This document shows, piece after piece, positions 51,322 through 61,039 of a stretch of DNA of 64,000 nucleotides (position 1 is the first letter of the stretch; every line of letters begins with the position of its first letter). The stretch lies in contig JAZURI010000007.1 in assembly GCA_045606105.1 (NCBI GenBank), forward strand, positions 32,001 to 96,000, given 5' to 3'. The translations under genes and the position numbers were made by a program. The notes below the pieces were generated by a model. It was given only the letters and a program-made list of their open reading frames with translations. It made no database searches and was not told the DNA's origin. The DNA comes from Spirochaetia bacterium. GTDB taxonomy: Bacteria; Spirochaetota; Spirochaetia; CADAEX01.

Positions 51322-51352
51322 TGAGGGGAAGTTAAGGCTTCCCCTTATTTTT
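51322..51352 (+). terminator. intrinsic terminator ending the ribosomal super-operon
   Basis: TGAGGGGAAGT-TAAG-GCTTCCCCTTA then TTTTT. Confidence 0.85.
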
Positions 51353-51360
51353 ATCTGCCT

Positions 51361-52137
51361 ATGGACTATACATCATTACGCAGAACCCGCCTTGAAAAAA
51401 TCAAAGGACGTTATGTTCCGGGAAGCAGCCTGAAGGTCTTTACCGCACCTCCGCTGGATTCCGCAGTCAGTCTCGGTCATAAGCTGATGACACTGGAGGA
51501 TGACAATGCCCTGGAGATCCTGGAATACCATGAACTGGTAAACGGAACCGATGATGCCATTATATTTGAAAACGGAATATTTGAAATAAGAAACGAGCTC
51601 TACGACAATGGACCCTTTGTTCCGGACGAAGGGATGAAGGCTGTTTTCGACGAGGCAATGGGTAATGATGATGCCAATGAGGAAAGAAGCACTGCTGCCG
51701 GAACCGTAAGGATCGATTTTCCCGAAACTTCCGGAGAAAGGGCTCTTTATCTTTCATCCCTTCTCAGGGAAACCGCATCTCCCTTTGCAGCATTGCTGAG
51801 AGAGGATGACCGTTCATTGAAATCAATCTATTCCGTTGGTTTTACATCGGGAAAGGGAAATCCGGTTTTTGATTTTGATCCTGAAAGCGACCTTTACAAG
51901 GAGATCTTTTCCCCAAGGAGAACCCTGCTGTTCAACGAGACACCGGAACGGCTTTCCGAACTCTGGGAAAATGTGCCGGAAGCAGACCTGGGAAGAATAT
52001 ACGGCTGCTGCTTTGTACCTCTCGGAAACATCACCGGCGGGGACTATCTTTTCTTTGCCTTTGCCCCCTCTTTAATACAGGGAGAGAAGGTCCTTTCCAT
52101 ACTAAAAAAATTAAACAATATCCTTGATTTTGCTTGA
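51361..52137 (+). CDS. hypothetical protein (possible GAF-like C-terminal half)
   Basis: 258-aa ORF filling the rplQ-rny gap with genome-typical codon use; no recognised catalytic motif. Confidence 0.6.
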   Translation: MDYTSLRRTRLEKIKGRYVPGSSLKVFTAPPLDSAVSLGHKLMTLEDDNALEILEYHELVNGTDDAIIFENGIFEIRNELYDNGPFVPDEGMKAVFDEAMGNDDANEERSTAAGTVRIDFPETSGERALYLSSLLRETASPFAALLREDDRSLKSIYSVGFTSGKGNPVFDFDPESDLYKEIFSPRRTLLFNETPERLSELWENVPEADLGRIYGCCFVPLGNITGGDYLFFAFAPSLIQGEKVLSILKKLNNILDFA

Positions 52138-52187
52138 CACCTCAAAAAGATTACTAGTATTATTAAATGATAATATCGGAGGAAGTC

Positions 52188-53720
52188 ATGATAAATTACA
52201 TTTGGTTTTTTATTCTTCCTCTCGTAGGCTTGATAATAGGCTGGACCATACGTTGGCTGTATGCTAAATTTCAGCTTTCCTCTTCGGAGCAGAAGGCGGA
52301 AAGAATAAAGCAGGATGCAGTTAAAGAGGCCGAAGCTATAAAGAAAGAACTGGTGCTTGAAACCAAGGATCAGCTCTTAAAAGAGCGGAATCAGCAGGAA
52401 CGGGAATTCAGGGACAGAAGAGCTGAGCTCCAGAAACAGGAGAGAAGGCTTATCCAGAAGGAGGATAACCTTGACAACAAGCTCGGAGTAATTGAAAAAC
52501 AGACACAGGCTATTGCAGATCGAGAGAAAGAAATCAAGAACAGGGAAGCATCCCTTGTAGAGCAGGAATTCATCTGGAAGGAAAAGCTTGAAAAAATCTC
52601 GGAGCTTACATCCGAGGAAGCAAAGCAGCTCATTATCCAGACCATGGAAAACGAGGCCAGACACGATGCCCAGGCCCTTCTGAACAAGATTGAACAGGAG
52701 GCTCAGGTTACGGCAGAGAAGAAGGCCAGAGAGATTCTTGTCACAACTATCCAGAGAGTTGCTACAGAGGTTACATCTGATGTGACAGTTACATCTGTCA
52801 GCCTTCCTACAGACGAGATGAAGGGAAGAATCATCGGTCGTGAGGGAAGAAACATCAGGGCACTGGAAACTCTTACCGGAGTAGATGTCATTATTGACGA
52901 TACACCTGAGGCAGTGGTTATCTCCTGCTTCGATCCGGTCAAGAAGGAAATTGCCAAGGAAGCACTGGAGCGCCTTATCATGGACGGTCGTATCCATCCT
53001 GCACGTATCGAGGATGTGGTACAGAAGGTAACAAAGGATATCAACCAGATAATATACGAGGAAGGTGAGAAGGTTCTTTTCGATGTGGGTATCCACAACA
53101 TGTCACAGGAAGGAATCAGGGCACTGGGAAGACTTCATTTCAGGACAAGCTACGGACAGAATGTTCTTCAGCATTCGAAGGAAGTAGCCGTTATTGCAGG
53201 TCTTATTGCATCTGAAATCGGAGCCAACAGGTCACTTGCCCACAGGGCGGCACTTCTCCACGATATCGGAAAGGGAATTGAATCCGACGGCGAAGGAAAC
53301 CATGCTGAGGTAGGTATGGAGGTGGCCAGAAAGATGGGAGAGGATCCGCGCATCGTTAATGCAATCGGAGCTCACCACAACGATATCGAGCCATGCTGTA
53401 TCGAATCCATCATCGTTCAGATTGCCGATGCCATTTCTGCAGCCAGACCGGGTGCAAGAAAGGAAACAATTGACAATTATATCAAGAGATTGGAAAATCT
53501 TGAGAATATTGCTCTTCAGTTTGAAGGAATCGATAAGGCTTATGCTATTCAGGCCGGCAGAGAGCTCCGTATTCTTGTAAACAGCGAGCAGGTTAATGAC
53601 GAAAGAGCATCAGAGCTGGGACGTCTTATTACCAAGAAGATCGAATCTGAATTACGGTATCCGGGCAGGATAAGAGTAACAATTATCCGGGAAACCAGAG
53701 TAGTTGAATATGCCCGCTGA
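52188..53720 (+). CDS. rny: ribonuclease Y
   Basis: N-terminal TM, coiled coil, KH (KGRIIGREGRNIR), HD (LLHDIGK); ATG 52188 after GGAGG; TTGACA at 52134. Confidence 0.97.
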   Translation: MINYIWFFILPLVGLIIGWTIRWLYAKFQLSSSEQKAERIKQDAVKEAEAIKKELVLETKDQLLKERNQQEREFRDRRAELQKQERRLIQKEDNLDNKLGVIEKQTQAIADREKEIKNREASLVEQEFIWKEKLEKISELTSEEAKQLIIQTMENEARHDAQALLNKIEQEAQVTAEKKAREILVTTIQRVATEVTSDVTVTSVSLPTDEMKGRIIGREGRNIRALETLTGVDVIIDDTPEAVVISCFDPVKKEIAKEALERLIMDGRIHPARIEDVVQKVTKDINQIIYEEGEKVLFDVGIHNMSQEGIRALGRLHFRTSYGQNVLQHSKEVAVIAGLIASEIGANRSLAHRAALLHDIGKGIESDGEGNHAEVGMEVARKMGEDPRIVNAIGAHHNDIEPCCIESIIVQIADAISAARPGARKETIDNYIKRLENLENIALQFEGIDKAYAIQAGRELRILVNSEQVNDERASELGRLITKKIESELRYPGRIRVTIIRETRVVEYAR

Positions 53721-54489
53721 TACAATCAAAGTCCTGTTTCTCGGGGATGTCATCGGACAGCCGGGAAACAGGGCCGTTTTTTTCAACCTTAAAAATCTTA
53801 TAAAAAAATATAATGCCGACTTTACCATAATCAACGGAGAAAACTCTGCTGACGGCTTCGGTATTCTCCCTGCAGCTGCAGACCAGTTCTTCCAGAACGG
53901 GGCAGATGTAATAACCAGCGGAAACCATATCTGGCAGAAGCCTGAGATATTTCCTTATATGGAGGAGCATGAGAATATCATCAGACCTGCAAACTTCCCG
54001 CCGGGAGCACCGGGACACGGTTATTGTACCGTGGAGAAGAAAAACGTGAAGCTTGCGGTAATCAACCTCCAGGGACGGGAGAACATGGTCTCCATCGATT
54101 GTCCCTTCAGGACTGTCAAGGATATTCTCAAGAAGGTAAGGAAGGAGACACCTCTTGTTTTTGTGGATTTCCATGCCGAGACACCTACGGAAAAGGAAGC
54201 TCTGGCCTGTTATCTGGACGGACAGGTAAGCGTGGTGGCAGGAACTCATACCCATGTACAGACTGCCGATGAAAGAATCCTTAAAAACGGAACAGCATAC
54301 ATTACCGATGTGGGAATGACCGGTGCCGAAGAATCGGTAATCGGAACCATCAAGGAAATAGCTATTGAAAGGGTACTTACCCAGATGCCTCTGAAAATGG
54401 AAATTGCCGATCTTGAGGTCCGTATTTCAGGTATTCTGGTGGAGCTTGATACAGCAACAGGAAAGGCCCTCTCCATCGAAAGAATATGA
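53710..54489 (+). CDS. ymdB: YmdB-like calcineurin-type metallophosphoesterase
   Basis: LFLGDVIG, NGEN, TSGNH, DFHAE, GTHTHVQTAD, TDVGMTG; follows rny. Confidence 0.93.
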   Translation: MPADTIKVLFLGDVIGQPGNRAVFFNLKNLIKKYNADFTIINGENSADGFGILPAAADQFFQNGADVITSGNHIWQKPEIFPYMEEHENIIRPANFPPGAPGHGYCTVEKKNVKLAVINLQGRENMVSIDCPFRTVKDILKKVRKETPLVFVDFHAETPTEKEALACYLDGQVSVVAGTHTHVQTADERILKNGTAYITDVGMTGAEESVIGTIKEIAIERVLTQMPLKMEIADLEVRISGILVELDTATGKALSIERI

Positions 54490-55253
54490 AAAAAATCCCG
54501 CTTCTGCAGCTTTTAAGACAGAAATATCCGGAAACCGACAGTGACAGGCTCTACTCCTCGGTTCTCTGCGGCGATGTTTTTGTGGAGGGTGAAAAGGTTC
54601 GGAATCCAAAGGAGCTTTTTCCGCAGGACAGCATGGTAATCATCGAAAGCAGGAAGTTTGTCTCCCGGGGTGGCTTCAAGCTTGAAAAGGCACTGAATGA
54701 ATGGAATATAGATGTAACCGGAAAAACAGTCCTTGATGCAGGCTCCTCTACAGGGGGCTTTACCGATTGTCTCCTTCAGCGGGGGGCGGAAATAGTTCAT
54801 GCTGTGGATTCAGGCTTCAATCAGCTGGATTTTACCCTCAGACAGAATCCCCGTGTCAGGGTCCATGAGAAGACCAATATCATGGATGTGGAGCATCTGG
54901 AACCGGGTCCTCACATGGCAGTTGCAGATCTCTCCTTCCGTTCCATAACCGGGGCTGCAGCCAGGATTCTTTCCCTGACGGAGGATAAGTTCCTTATCGC
55001 GCTTATAAAGCCGCAGTTCGAGGAAAGGGGTCTGGTAAAGGATTTTGACGGCATAATCCGCAACACCGGAGATCTGAAAAAAGTGCTTCTGGAAACAGTT
55101 CGCCTCCTTTTTGAAGAGGGCTCCTATATTGCAGACATCACCGAATCACCCTTCCGCGGTACCAAGGGAAACCGTGAGTTCCTGTGCATGATTACAGGCC
55201 GGGAGCTGGTATCTTTGGAAGAAATCTCAGAAAAGATCAATAATATCAGATAA
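54486..55253 (+). CDS. tlyA: TlyA-family rRNA 2'-O-methyltransferase
   Basis: S4 domain, FVSRGGFKL, DAGSSTGGFTDCLLQRGA, LIKPQFE, GNREFL. Confidence 0.93.
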   Translation: MKKIPLLQLLRQKYPETDSDRLYSSVLCGDVFVEGEKVRNPKELFPQDSMVIIESRKFVSRGGFKLEKALNEWNIDVTGKTVLDAGSSTGGFTDCLLQRGAEIVHAVDSGFNQLDFTLRQNPRVRVHEKTNIMDVEHLEPGPHMAVADLSFRSITGAAARILSLTEDKFLIALIKPQFEERGLVKDFDGIIRNTGDLKKVLLETVRLLFEEGSYIADITESPFRGTKGNREFLCMITGRELVSLEEISEKINNIR

Positions 55254-55862
55254 TTCATCAAGGGAATCTATTATAGGTGCGCCGGTTTTTTCCAGGGCTT
55301 TTCTGTTCTGGTGGCCGCCGGAGAAAAGGATGCATTCTCCCTTCAGTGCCTCAGCTGTTTCCCAGTCGTGGGTTGTATCGCCTATAACCAGCTTTCTTCC
55401 GTTATCATTGCTTCCGAAAAAGGCTTCTGCCCTTTCTGTCTTGGATTCTGCCCTGAAGTCGGAGGCACCAAGTACGGCACTGAAATATTTTTCCAGACCG
55501 AAGCGTGAAAGAAGCCTGTTGATTTCGGCTGTGTTTGCGGCTGAAAGGATAATCTGGGGTATTCCTGCCCTGCAGACACTATCCAGGGCACTGACAGCAC
55601 CCTGCATCAGCTTCACCCTGTTTTCGTACCTGATATAGCTTTGGGTGAATTCCCTGACAATGGTATCAAAGGGAACCTTTTTAAGATCAAATATATGCTC
55701 ATAGAATCTGATTATGGGAATATCCACATAGCTTCTGTATCTTTCCAGGTCAATCAGTTCCATTTCCCTGGAGCGCAGCATGTCATTCACGCAGTCCATG
55801 CAGATTCCGGTATCGTCAAGAAGGGTTCCGTTCCAGTCCCATATTATGCAAGAGTATTTCAC
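55227..55862 (-). CDS. HAD-superfamily hydrolase (phosphoglycolate-phosphatase-like)
   Basis: WDWNGTLLDD, LSA, IGDTTHD; GTG start. Confidence 0.9.
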   Translation of the reverse strand: MKYSCIIWDWNGTLLDDTGICMDCVNDMLRSREMELIDLERYRSYVDIPIIRFYEHIFDLKKVPFDTIVREFTQSYIRYENRVKLMQGAVSALDSVCRAGIPQIILSAANTAEINRLLSRFGLEKYFSAVLGASDFRAESKTERAEAFFGSNDNGRKLVIGDTTHDWETAEALKGECILFSGGHQNRKALEKTGAPIIDSLDELSDIIDLF

Positions 55863-55914
55863 AGCTCCACTTTAACTGTTTACAAAATTTACATCAAGTC
55901 GTATTATTTTCCTG

Positions 55915-56319
55915 ATGAACATTATCCGGAGATATAAAAAAAGAATATCGGTTCCCATGAATGCAATGTGCGATATTGCCTTCCTCCTTTTTATCTTTAT
56001 CATGGTCATTTCCATCATCAACAACGAAAAGCCTGAGAATTTCGAATATGCGGTTTCGGCAGAGGGGGAGGAACAGGTTCCGGCTCTGGAGTTCTTCGTA
56101 TCGCCTGACGGTACTGTTTTCAACGGCGGCATGGTTGATGATGCGGCGGTTATGGCCATGGCTGCAGAGGCAGTAAGGAAAAACAGCGAAGCATTGATTG
56201 CGGTTTCGGCTCACAGGGATTGTGAATACAGGCATGTGGACCGTCTTGTCTCCCTGTTGAAAAAAGGGGGATGCATAAATTTTTTATTCTCTGCAGAAAA
56301 ATTTTCAAATAGCTATTGA
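55915..56319 (+). CDS. ExbD/TolR-like biopolymer transport protein
   Basis: PMNAMCDIAFLLFIFIMV TM segment with the conserved Asp; C-terminal SAHRDCEY...V..L...G resembles ExbD ADxxxxY. Confidence 0.75.
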   Translation: MNIIRRYKKRISVPMNAMCDIAFLLFIFIMVISIINNEKPENFEYAVSAEGEEQVPALEFFVSPDGTVFNGGMVDDAAVMAMAAEAVRKNSEALIAVSAHRDCEYRHVDRLVSLLKKGGCINFLFSAEKFSNSY

Positions 56320-56357
56320 CTTTCTTTGTATGATTTAATATTCTAAACGAGGTTGAT

Positions 56358-56431
56358 GCCATCTTAGCTCAGCTGGCCAGAGCACGTGACTTGTAATCTC
56401 GGGGTCGTCAGTTCGAATCTGACAGATGGCT
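56358..56431 (+). tRNA. tRNA-Thr (anticodon TGT)
   Basis: GCCATCT/AGATGGC acceptor, CTTGTAA loop, GTTCGAATC; promoter TTGACT-17 nt-TATTCT at 56316-56344. Confidence 0.93.
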
Positions 56432-56451
56432 TTACAACTTTTAGTTGTTAT

Positions 56452-56533
56452 GGGGAGATTCCCGAGCGGTCAAAGGGGGCAGACTGTAAATCTGTTGACT
56501 AAGTCTTCGAAGGTCCGAATCCTTCTCTCCCCA
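56452..56533 (+). tRNA. tRNA-Tyr (anticodon GTA)
   Basis: GGGGAGA/TCTCCCC acceptor, GCAGA-CTGTAAA-TCTGT, variable arm; T-loop reads TCCGAAT. Confidence 0.92.
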
Positions 56534-56536
56534 GCT

Positions 56537-56571
56537 TGCCTTCTGAATTTTTTTCAGAAGGCATTTTTTTT
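56537..56571 (+). terminator. intrinsic terminator after the tRNA pair
   Basis: TGCCTTCTGAA...TTCAGAAGGCA plus T8. Confidence 0.88.
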
Positions 56572-56588
56572 GTTTATCGAGGTGTTTT

Positions 56589-57056
56589 ATGTTTGAACCT
56601 TTTTACAAGGATGGACTGAATTTTGAATGTCAGCGCTGTTCCGGCTGCTGCAGATATGACAGCGGATATGTTTTTCTTTCGGAAGAGGATATAAGCAATC
56701 TTCTTGAGGTGCTGGGTATATCCAGGGAAGAACTGCTGGAAAAGTATTGTACAGAGGTAAACATAAGCGGAACCTACCGTATAAGTCTTCAGGAAAAGGA
56801 AAATTTTGACTGTATCTTCTGGAGCGACGGAGGCTGCAGCGTATACAAGGGGCGCCCTCTTCAGTGCCGCAGCTTTCCCTTCTGGGCTCCATACCTGGAA
56901 TCCAGGGAGGACTGGGACGGTCTGGGAGAATCCTGTCCGGGTGTAAACAAGGGAAAGCTTCATTCCAGGGAAGAGATAGAGGAGTGGCTTTACAGAAGAA
57001 GAGCCGAAAAGCTCATATCGGTTAAACCGGATCTTAAAGAAGTCCTTGATAGCTGA
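56589..57056 (+). CDS. YkgJ/UPF0153-family cysteine-cluster (CxxCxxCC) protein
   Basis: FECQRCSGCC, CIFW..GGCSVY..RPLQCRSFPFW, CPG. Confidence 0.9.
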   Translation: MFEPFYKDGLNFECQRCSGCCRYDSGYVFLSEEDISNLLEVLGISREELLEKYCTEVNISGTYRISLQEKENFDCIFWSDGGCSVYKGRPLQCRSFPFWAPYLESREDWDGLGESCPGVNKGKLHSREEIEEWLYRRRAEKLISVKPDLKEVLDS

Positions 57057-57082
57057 CCTTTCTTATAATATAATAAATTACG

Positions 57083-58021
57083 ATGAAGATTAAATTCTGG
57101 GGTGTGTGCGGCTCCGTACCGTCCCCTCTTACCACAGAAAAATTCAGGCGGAAGGTTTCATCCATAGTTCAGCGTATTACCCCTGAGGATCTTGAAACAC
57201 CGGAAATGAGGGAGAAATTCCTTGCACAGCTGCCGGTATCCCTTTTTTCCGTAACGGGAGGAAATACCCCATGCATTGAGATCAGACCTGATGACGATAC
57301 CCTGATCATTGTAGACGGGGGAACAGGGCTCCATGAGCTGGGACGACACCTGGAGGAGAGCTGCTCCGGTATCAGGGAATGCCATATATTCCTTACCCAT
57401 TTCCACTGGGACCATATCCAGGGAATCCCTTTCTTCAGGCCTGCCTTTGACCGGGAATGGAAGATAACCTTCTACAGTCCGGACGAAAAGCTTGAATCAA
57501 TTCTCAGGGAGCAGATGAAAATGCCCTACAGCAGCGTAGAAATGTCTGAGATGAAGGCTGATATCCGGTTTGTGGTACTGCGGCACAAGATAAGCTTTTC
57601 CGGCTGCGATGTAAGCTTCCGGAAGATACTTCATCCGGGGGGCTGCTATGCCTATCGTTTTTCTGAAAACGGAAAGAATCTTATTGTAGCTACCGATATG
57701 GAGCTCAGAGAAGAGGATTTTGCCGATACCGATGAGAATTCCGAATTTTACCGCAGTGCGGATATGATAATACTTGATTCCCATTACGGTCCCAATGAAA
57801 CGGCCGGAATCAGGGAACGGGGACATTCCTCCAACTGTCTGGGGGTGGATTTTACAGGCAAATGGGGAATCCGCAATCTTGTCCTTTTTCATTACAATCC
57901 CGATTTCAACGATACCAGGATTTCCGATCTTCTTACATCGGCACAATGGTATTCCAGACATATTCCGGGCTTCGGTGCCGGCATAATACTGGCCAGGGAA
58001 GGGCTGGTGCTGGAGGTCTGA
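57083..58021 (+). CDS. MBL-fold metallo-hydrolase (RNase Z / class II phosphodiesterase-like)
   Basis: FWGVCGS, GGNTPC, DGGTG, THFHWDHIQG, HPGG, GHS. Confidence 0.85.
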   Translation: MKIKFWGVCGSVPSPLTTEKFRRKVSSIVQRITPEDLETPEMREKFLAQLPVSLFSVTGGNTPCIEIRPDDDTLIIVDGGTGLHELGRHLEESCSGIRECHIFLTHFHWDHIQGIPFFRPAFDREWKITFYSPDEKLESILREQMKMPYSSVEMSEMKADIRFVVLRHKISFSGCDVSFRKILHPGGCYAYRFSENGKNLIVATDMELREEDFADTDENSEFYRSADMIILDSHYGPNETAGIRERGHSSNCLGVDFTGKWGIRNLVLFHYNPDFNDTRISDLLTSAQWYSRHIPGFGAGIILAREGLVLEV

Positions 58022-58209
58022 TGAATATAGAGCTTGACGAAAAAGGGTGCGAGGAGCTTTATTTTCTCCTTTCCCATAACGAAACATCACTGTCGGGACA
58101 GCTTTATTCACTGAAGATACTGCTGGAAAAGCCTCTTTTTAAGAAATACAGCTTTGAGGAAATCATGAAGCTGAAAGCAGATGCAAGGAGAAAATACAGC
58201 CTGGGATGA
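58021..58209 (+). CDS. small hypothetical protein (62 aa), translationally coupled on both sides
   Basis: MNIELDEKGCEELYFLL...; TGATG overlap with the MBL gene, ATGA overlap with mltG, SD GGAGG upstream. Confidence 0.65.
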   Translation: MNIELDEKGCEELYFLLSHNETSLSGQLYSLKILLEKPLFKKYSFEEIMKLKADARRKYSLG

Positions 58210-59219
58210 AAAAATTCATAATTCTTTTGTTACTGGCTGCCGTCATTGCCGGCGGCGGTGGTGCCTATGCGTTTCATTATTTCAATCTTCCTGCTGCTCC
58301 GGAAACAGCCGGCAGTTCTGTTTTTGAAATCAGGAAAGGGGAGAGCCTGAGTGTCATAGCCGGCAATCTGGAAAAGGACGGCTTTATCAGGTCCGGTCTT
58401 TACCTGAGGCTGCTCAGCAGAAAAAACGGTACCGGCAACAGCTTCAAGACCGGTCAGTATGAAATCAGTCCTGCCATGACAGCAACGGAAATCCACGATC
58501 TCCTTGTTTCAGGCAAGGGTATAATGATAAAGGTAACCGTGCCGGAGGGAATAACCCTCAGGAAAACGGCAGCCATACTGGAGGAGGCCGGAATTGTGTC
58601 TGCAGGTGATTTTATCGCCGCCGCCTCCGACAGGAAAATCCTGGACCGGTACGGTATAAAGGGTGAGACTGCAGAGGGCTTCATATTTCCCGATTCCTAC
58701 CTGTTCCAGAAAAATGTTTCCGCCGGTTCGGTGCTGGATATCTTTCTGAAGACATTCTTCGGTAAATTGGGAAAGGTTTGTCCGGGATATGCCTCTCTCA
58801 GCAGTGAGGAGCTTTACGACAAGGTTATCCTGGCCTCCATTGTGGAGCGGGAGTACAGAAGGGCTGAGGAGGCTCCTCTTATTGCTTCGGTTTTCACCAA
58901 CAGGCTGAAGATAGGGATGAGCCTTGCTTCGTGTGCCACCATCGAATACATTATTACCGAAATCCAGGGGAAAAAGCATCCGGAATACATAACCTATGCC
59001 GATCTGGAAATAAAATCACCCTATAACACCTACAGGAACAAGGGGCTTCCGCCGGGTCCCATATCGAATCCGGGTATAATAGCCCTGGAAGCGGCCGTAA
59101 AGCCGGCTGAAAGCGATTATCTCTTCTTCCTGCTCAAGGACAGGGAGACAGGAGAGCATTTTTTCTCGAAGCGGTTTTCGGACCACAGCAACGCCAAGAT
59201 TCTTTATCTTAAAAAATAA
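58206..59219 (+). CDS. mltG: endolytic transglycosylase MltG
   Basis: N-terminal TM, TVPEG, EGFIFPDSY, ASIVERE, SPYNTY..KGLPPGPISNPG. Confidence 0.95.
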   Translation: MKKFIILLLLAAVIAGGGGAYAFHYFNLPAAPETAGSSVFEIRKGESLSVIAGNLEKDGFIRSGLYLRLLSRKNGTGNSFKTGQYEISPAMTATEIHDLLVSGKGIMIKVTVPEGITLRKTAAILEEAGIVSAGDFIAAASDRKILDRYGIKGETAEGFIFPDSYLFQKNVSAGSVLDIFLKTFFGKLGKVCPGYASLSSEELYDKVILASIVEREYRRAEEAPLIASVFTNRLKIGMSLASCATIEYIITEIQGKKHPEYITYADLEIKSPYNTYRNKGLPPGPISNPGIIALEAAVKPAESDYLFFLLKDRETGEHFFSKRFSDHSNAKILYLKK

Positions 59220-59272
59220 GCTGATTCTTGAAAAATCGTGAAATATATAATATACTATAATTGGGTTATTAT

Positions 59273-61039
59273 ATGTTTCTTCCTGATGACGTTATAAAAG
59301 AAATTTCAGACAGAACCGATATCGAAGCGCTGGTGAGCCGTTATGTAACCCTGCAGAGGGTAGGTGGCAGGCTTAAGGGATTATGCCCGTTTCATCAGGA
59401 AAAGACACCATCCTTCACCGTATCTCCCGACAAGGGGGTATTCCATTGCTTCGGCTGCAAGAAGGGGGGCAATGCCTTCACATTCCTCATGGAGATGGAA
59501 AAGCTGACCTTTCCGGAGGCAGCGGAGCAGTTGGCTAAATCTGCGGGAATCTCCCTGGAGCAATATAAATACAGGGGCAGTCCCGAAGGTGTTTCCGAAA
59601 AACAGAAGCTGACAGAGCTCAACGACAGGGTGGCAAAGGCCCTGCACTATATCCTGATATCTACCCCGGAGGGAAAGGGGGCGCTGGATTATCTGCTGGG
59701 AAGGGGCGTAACCATGGAGATGATAGAAAAATTCTGTCTGGGTTACATGCCTGATGACAGGACCTGGCTCCACTCATTCCTTGTCCGGAAGAACTATTCT
59801 CCCGATTTCCTGGCAAAAAGCGGTCTTTTTTCGGTCCGGTATCCAAGGATTTCACTGTTTTCGGGCCGTGTGATTTTTCCGGTATTTTCCAGACACGGAA
59901 ATGTGATAGCCTTCGGAGGCAGGACCATGAAGAAGGATGAGCAGCCCAAATATATCAACTCTCCCGAAACTGCGGCCTTCAGGAAGCATGAAGAGCTTTT
60001 CGGTCTGAATATCGCACTGCAGGCCATGAGAAAAAGCGAATTCTGCTATGTGGTTGAAGGGTACATGGATGTGATAGCCATGAACCAGGCGGGAATAGAG
60101 AATGTGGTGGCTCCTCTGGGAACAGCCCTTACCGAGGATCAGGCCAGGATGATAAAGAGAAATGCTCCCCGGGTGGTGCTTCTTTTCGACGGAGATGCGG
60201 CCGGTGTCAAGGCGGCGGAAAGGGGAAGCTTCATATGTGAGAAGGAAAATCTCATCTGCGATATCGTCAAGCTGCCGGGGGACAATGACCCTGCCGACAT
60301 TCTGCGGAGCGAGGGAAAGGATGCCTTGACAAAACATCTCGGAAATGTTATAAATTGCTTTGATTTTATATTGGGTAACTCTTGCCGTAACTATGACATA
60401 AAGCATTTTGAGGGAATAAAAAAGCTGTACGAAAAGATATTTCCTCTTCTTGACATTACGGACTCGGAGGTACGCAAGGAACAGCGTCTGAAATCTGTAG
60501 CAGACAGTTTAAATGCCGATTACAGATCAGTTTACAATGATTATTATAAAAGTCGTAAAGGGGGAATCGGAAACACGTTAAGCAGTGCGGCTGCGGTTCA
60601 GGAAAACAAGATTTCCGGGGAACTGTATCTGCTGATTGCGGCACTGGTTAATGATAACTGTTTTGAAGAGGTAAGGAACGAGCTTACCGTTGATGATTTT
60701 CTTGACAGCAGGGCAAGAGAGCTGTTTATTGTCATGGAAGAATGCTTCAGGAAGAGAGTTTTCAAGGTTGATGTCATTCAGGAACAACTAAAGAACGAAA
60801 AACTCAGGGAAATGATAATGCAGAAGTTTTTTTCCGATGAATTCAGACTTAATCCGGAGAAAATTATCAGGGACAGTATCAATAATGTAAAAATGAACAA
60901 TCTTCTGATGAAAAGGCAGAAGGTGGAACGTGTTCTGCGCAGGTCTGCGGAGACGGATGCCGCTCAGCTGGAGGAACTTATAGCTGACAAGGCATATTAT
61001 GACAAAGAAATTGAAAAACTAAAAGGAATGATAAATTAA
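59273..61039 (+). CDS. dnaG: DNA primase
   Basis: [41 protein letters not shown]; ATG 59273 (track uses TTG 59261); promoter TTGAAA-17 nt-TATACT at 59228-59256. Confidence 0.97.
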   Translation: MFLPDDVIKEISDRTDIEALVSRYVTLQRVGGRLKGLCPFHQEKTPSFTVSPDKGVFHCFGCKKGGNAFTFLMEMEKLTFPEAAEQLAKSAGISLEQYKYRGSPEGVSEKQKLTELNDRVAKALHYILISTPEGKGALDYLLGRGVTMEMIEKFCLGYMPDDRTWLHSFLVRKNYSPDFLAKSGLFSVRYPRISLFSGRVIFPVFSRHGNVIAFGGRTMKKDEQPKYINSPETAAFRKHEELFGLNIALQAMRKSEFCYVVEGYMDVIAMNQAGIENVVAPLGTALTEDQARMIKRNAPRVVLLFDGDAAGVKAAERGSFICEKENLICDIVKLPGDNDPADILRSEGKDALTKHLGNVINCFDFILGNSCRNYDIKHFEGIKKLYEKIFPLLDITDSEVRKEQRLKSVADSLNADYRSVYNDYYKSRKGGIGNTLSSAAAVQENKISGELYLLIAALVNDNCFEEVRNELTVDDFLDSRARELFIVMEECFRKRVFKVDVIQEQLKNEKLREMIMQKFFSDEFRLNPEKIIRDSINNVKMNNLLMKRQKVERVLRRSAETDAAQLEELIADKAYYDKEIEKLKGMIN

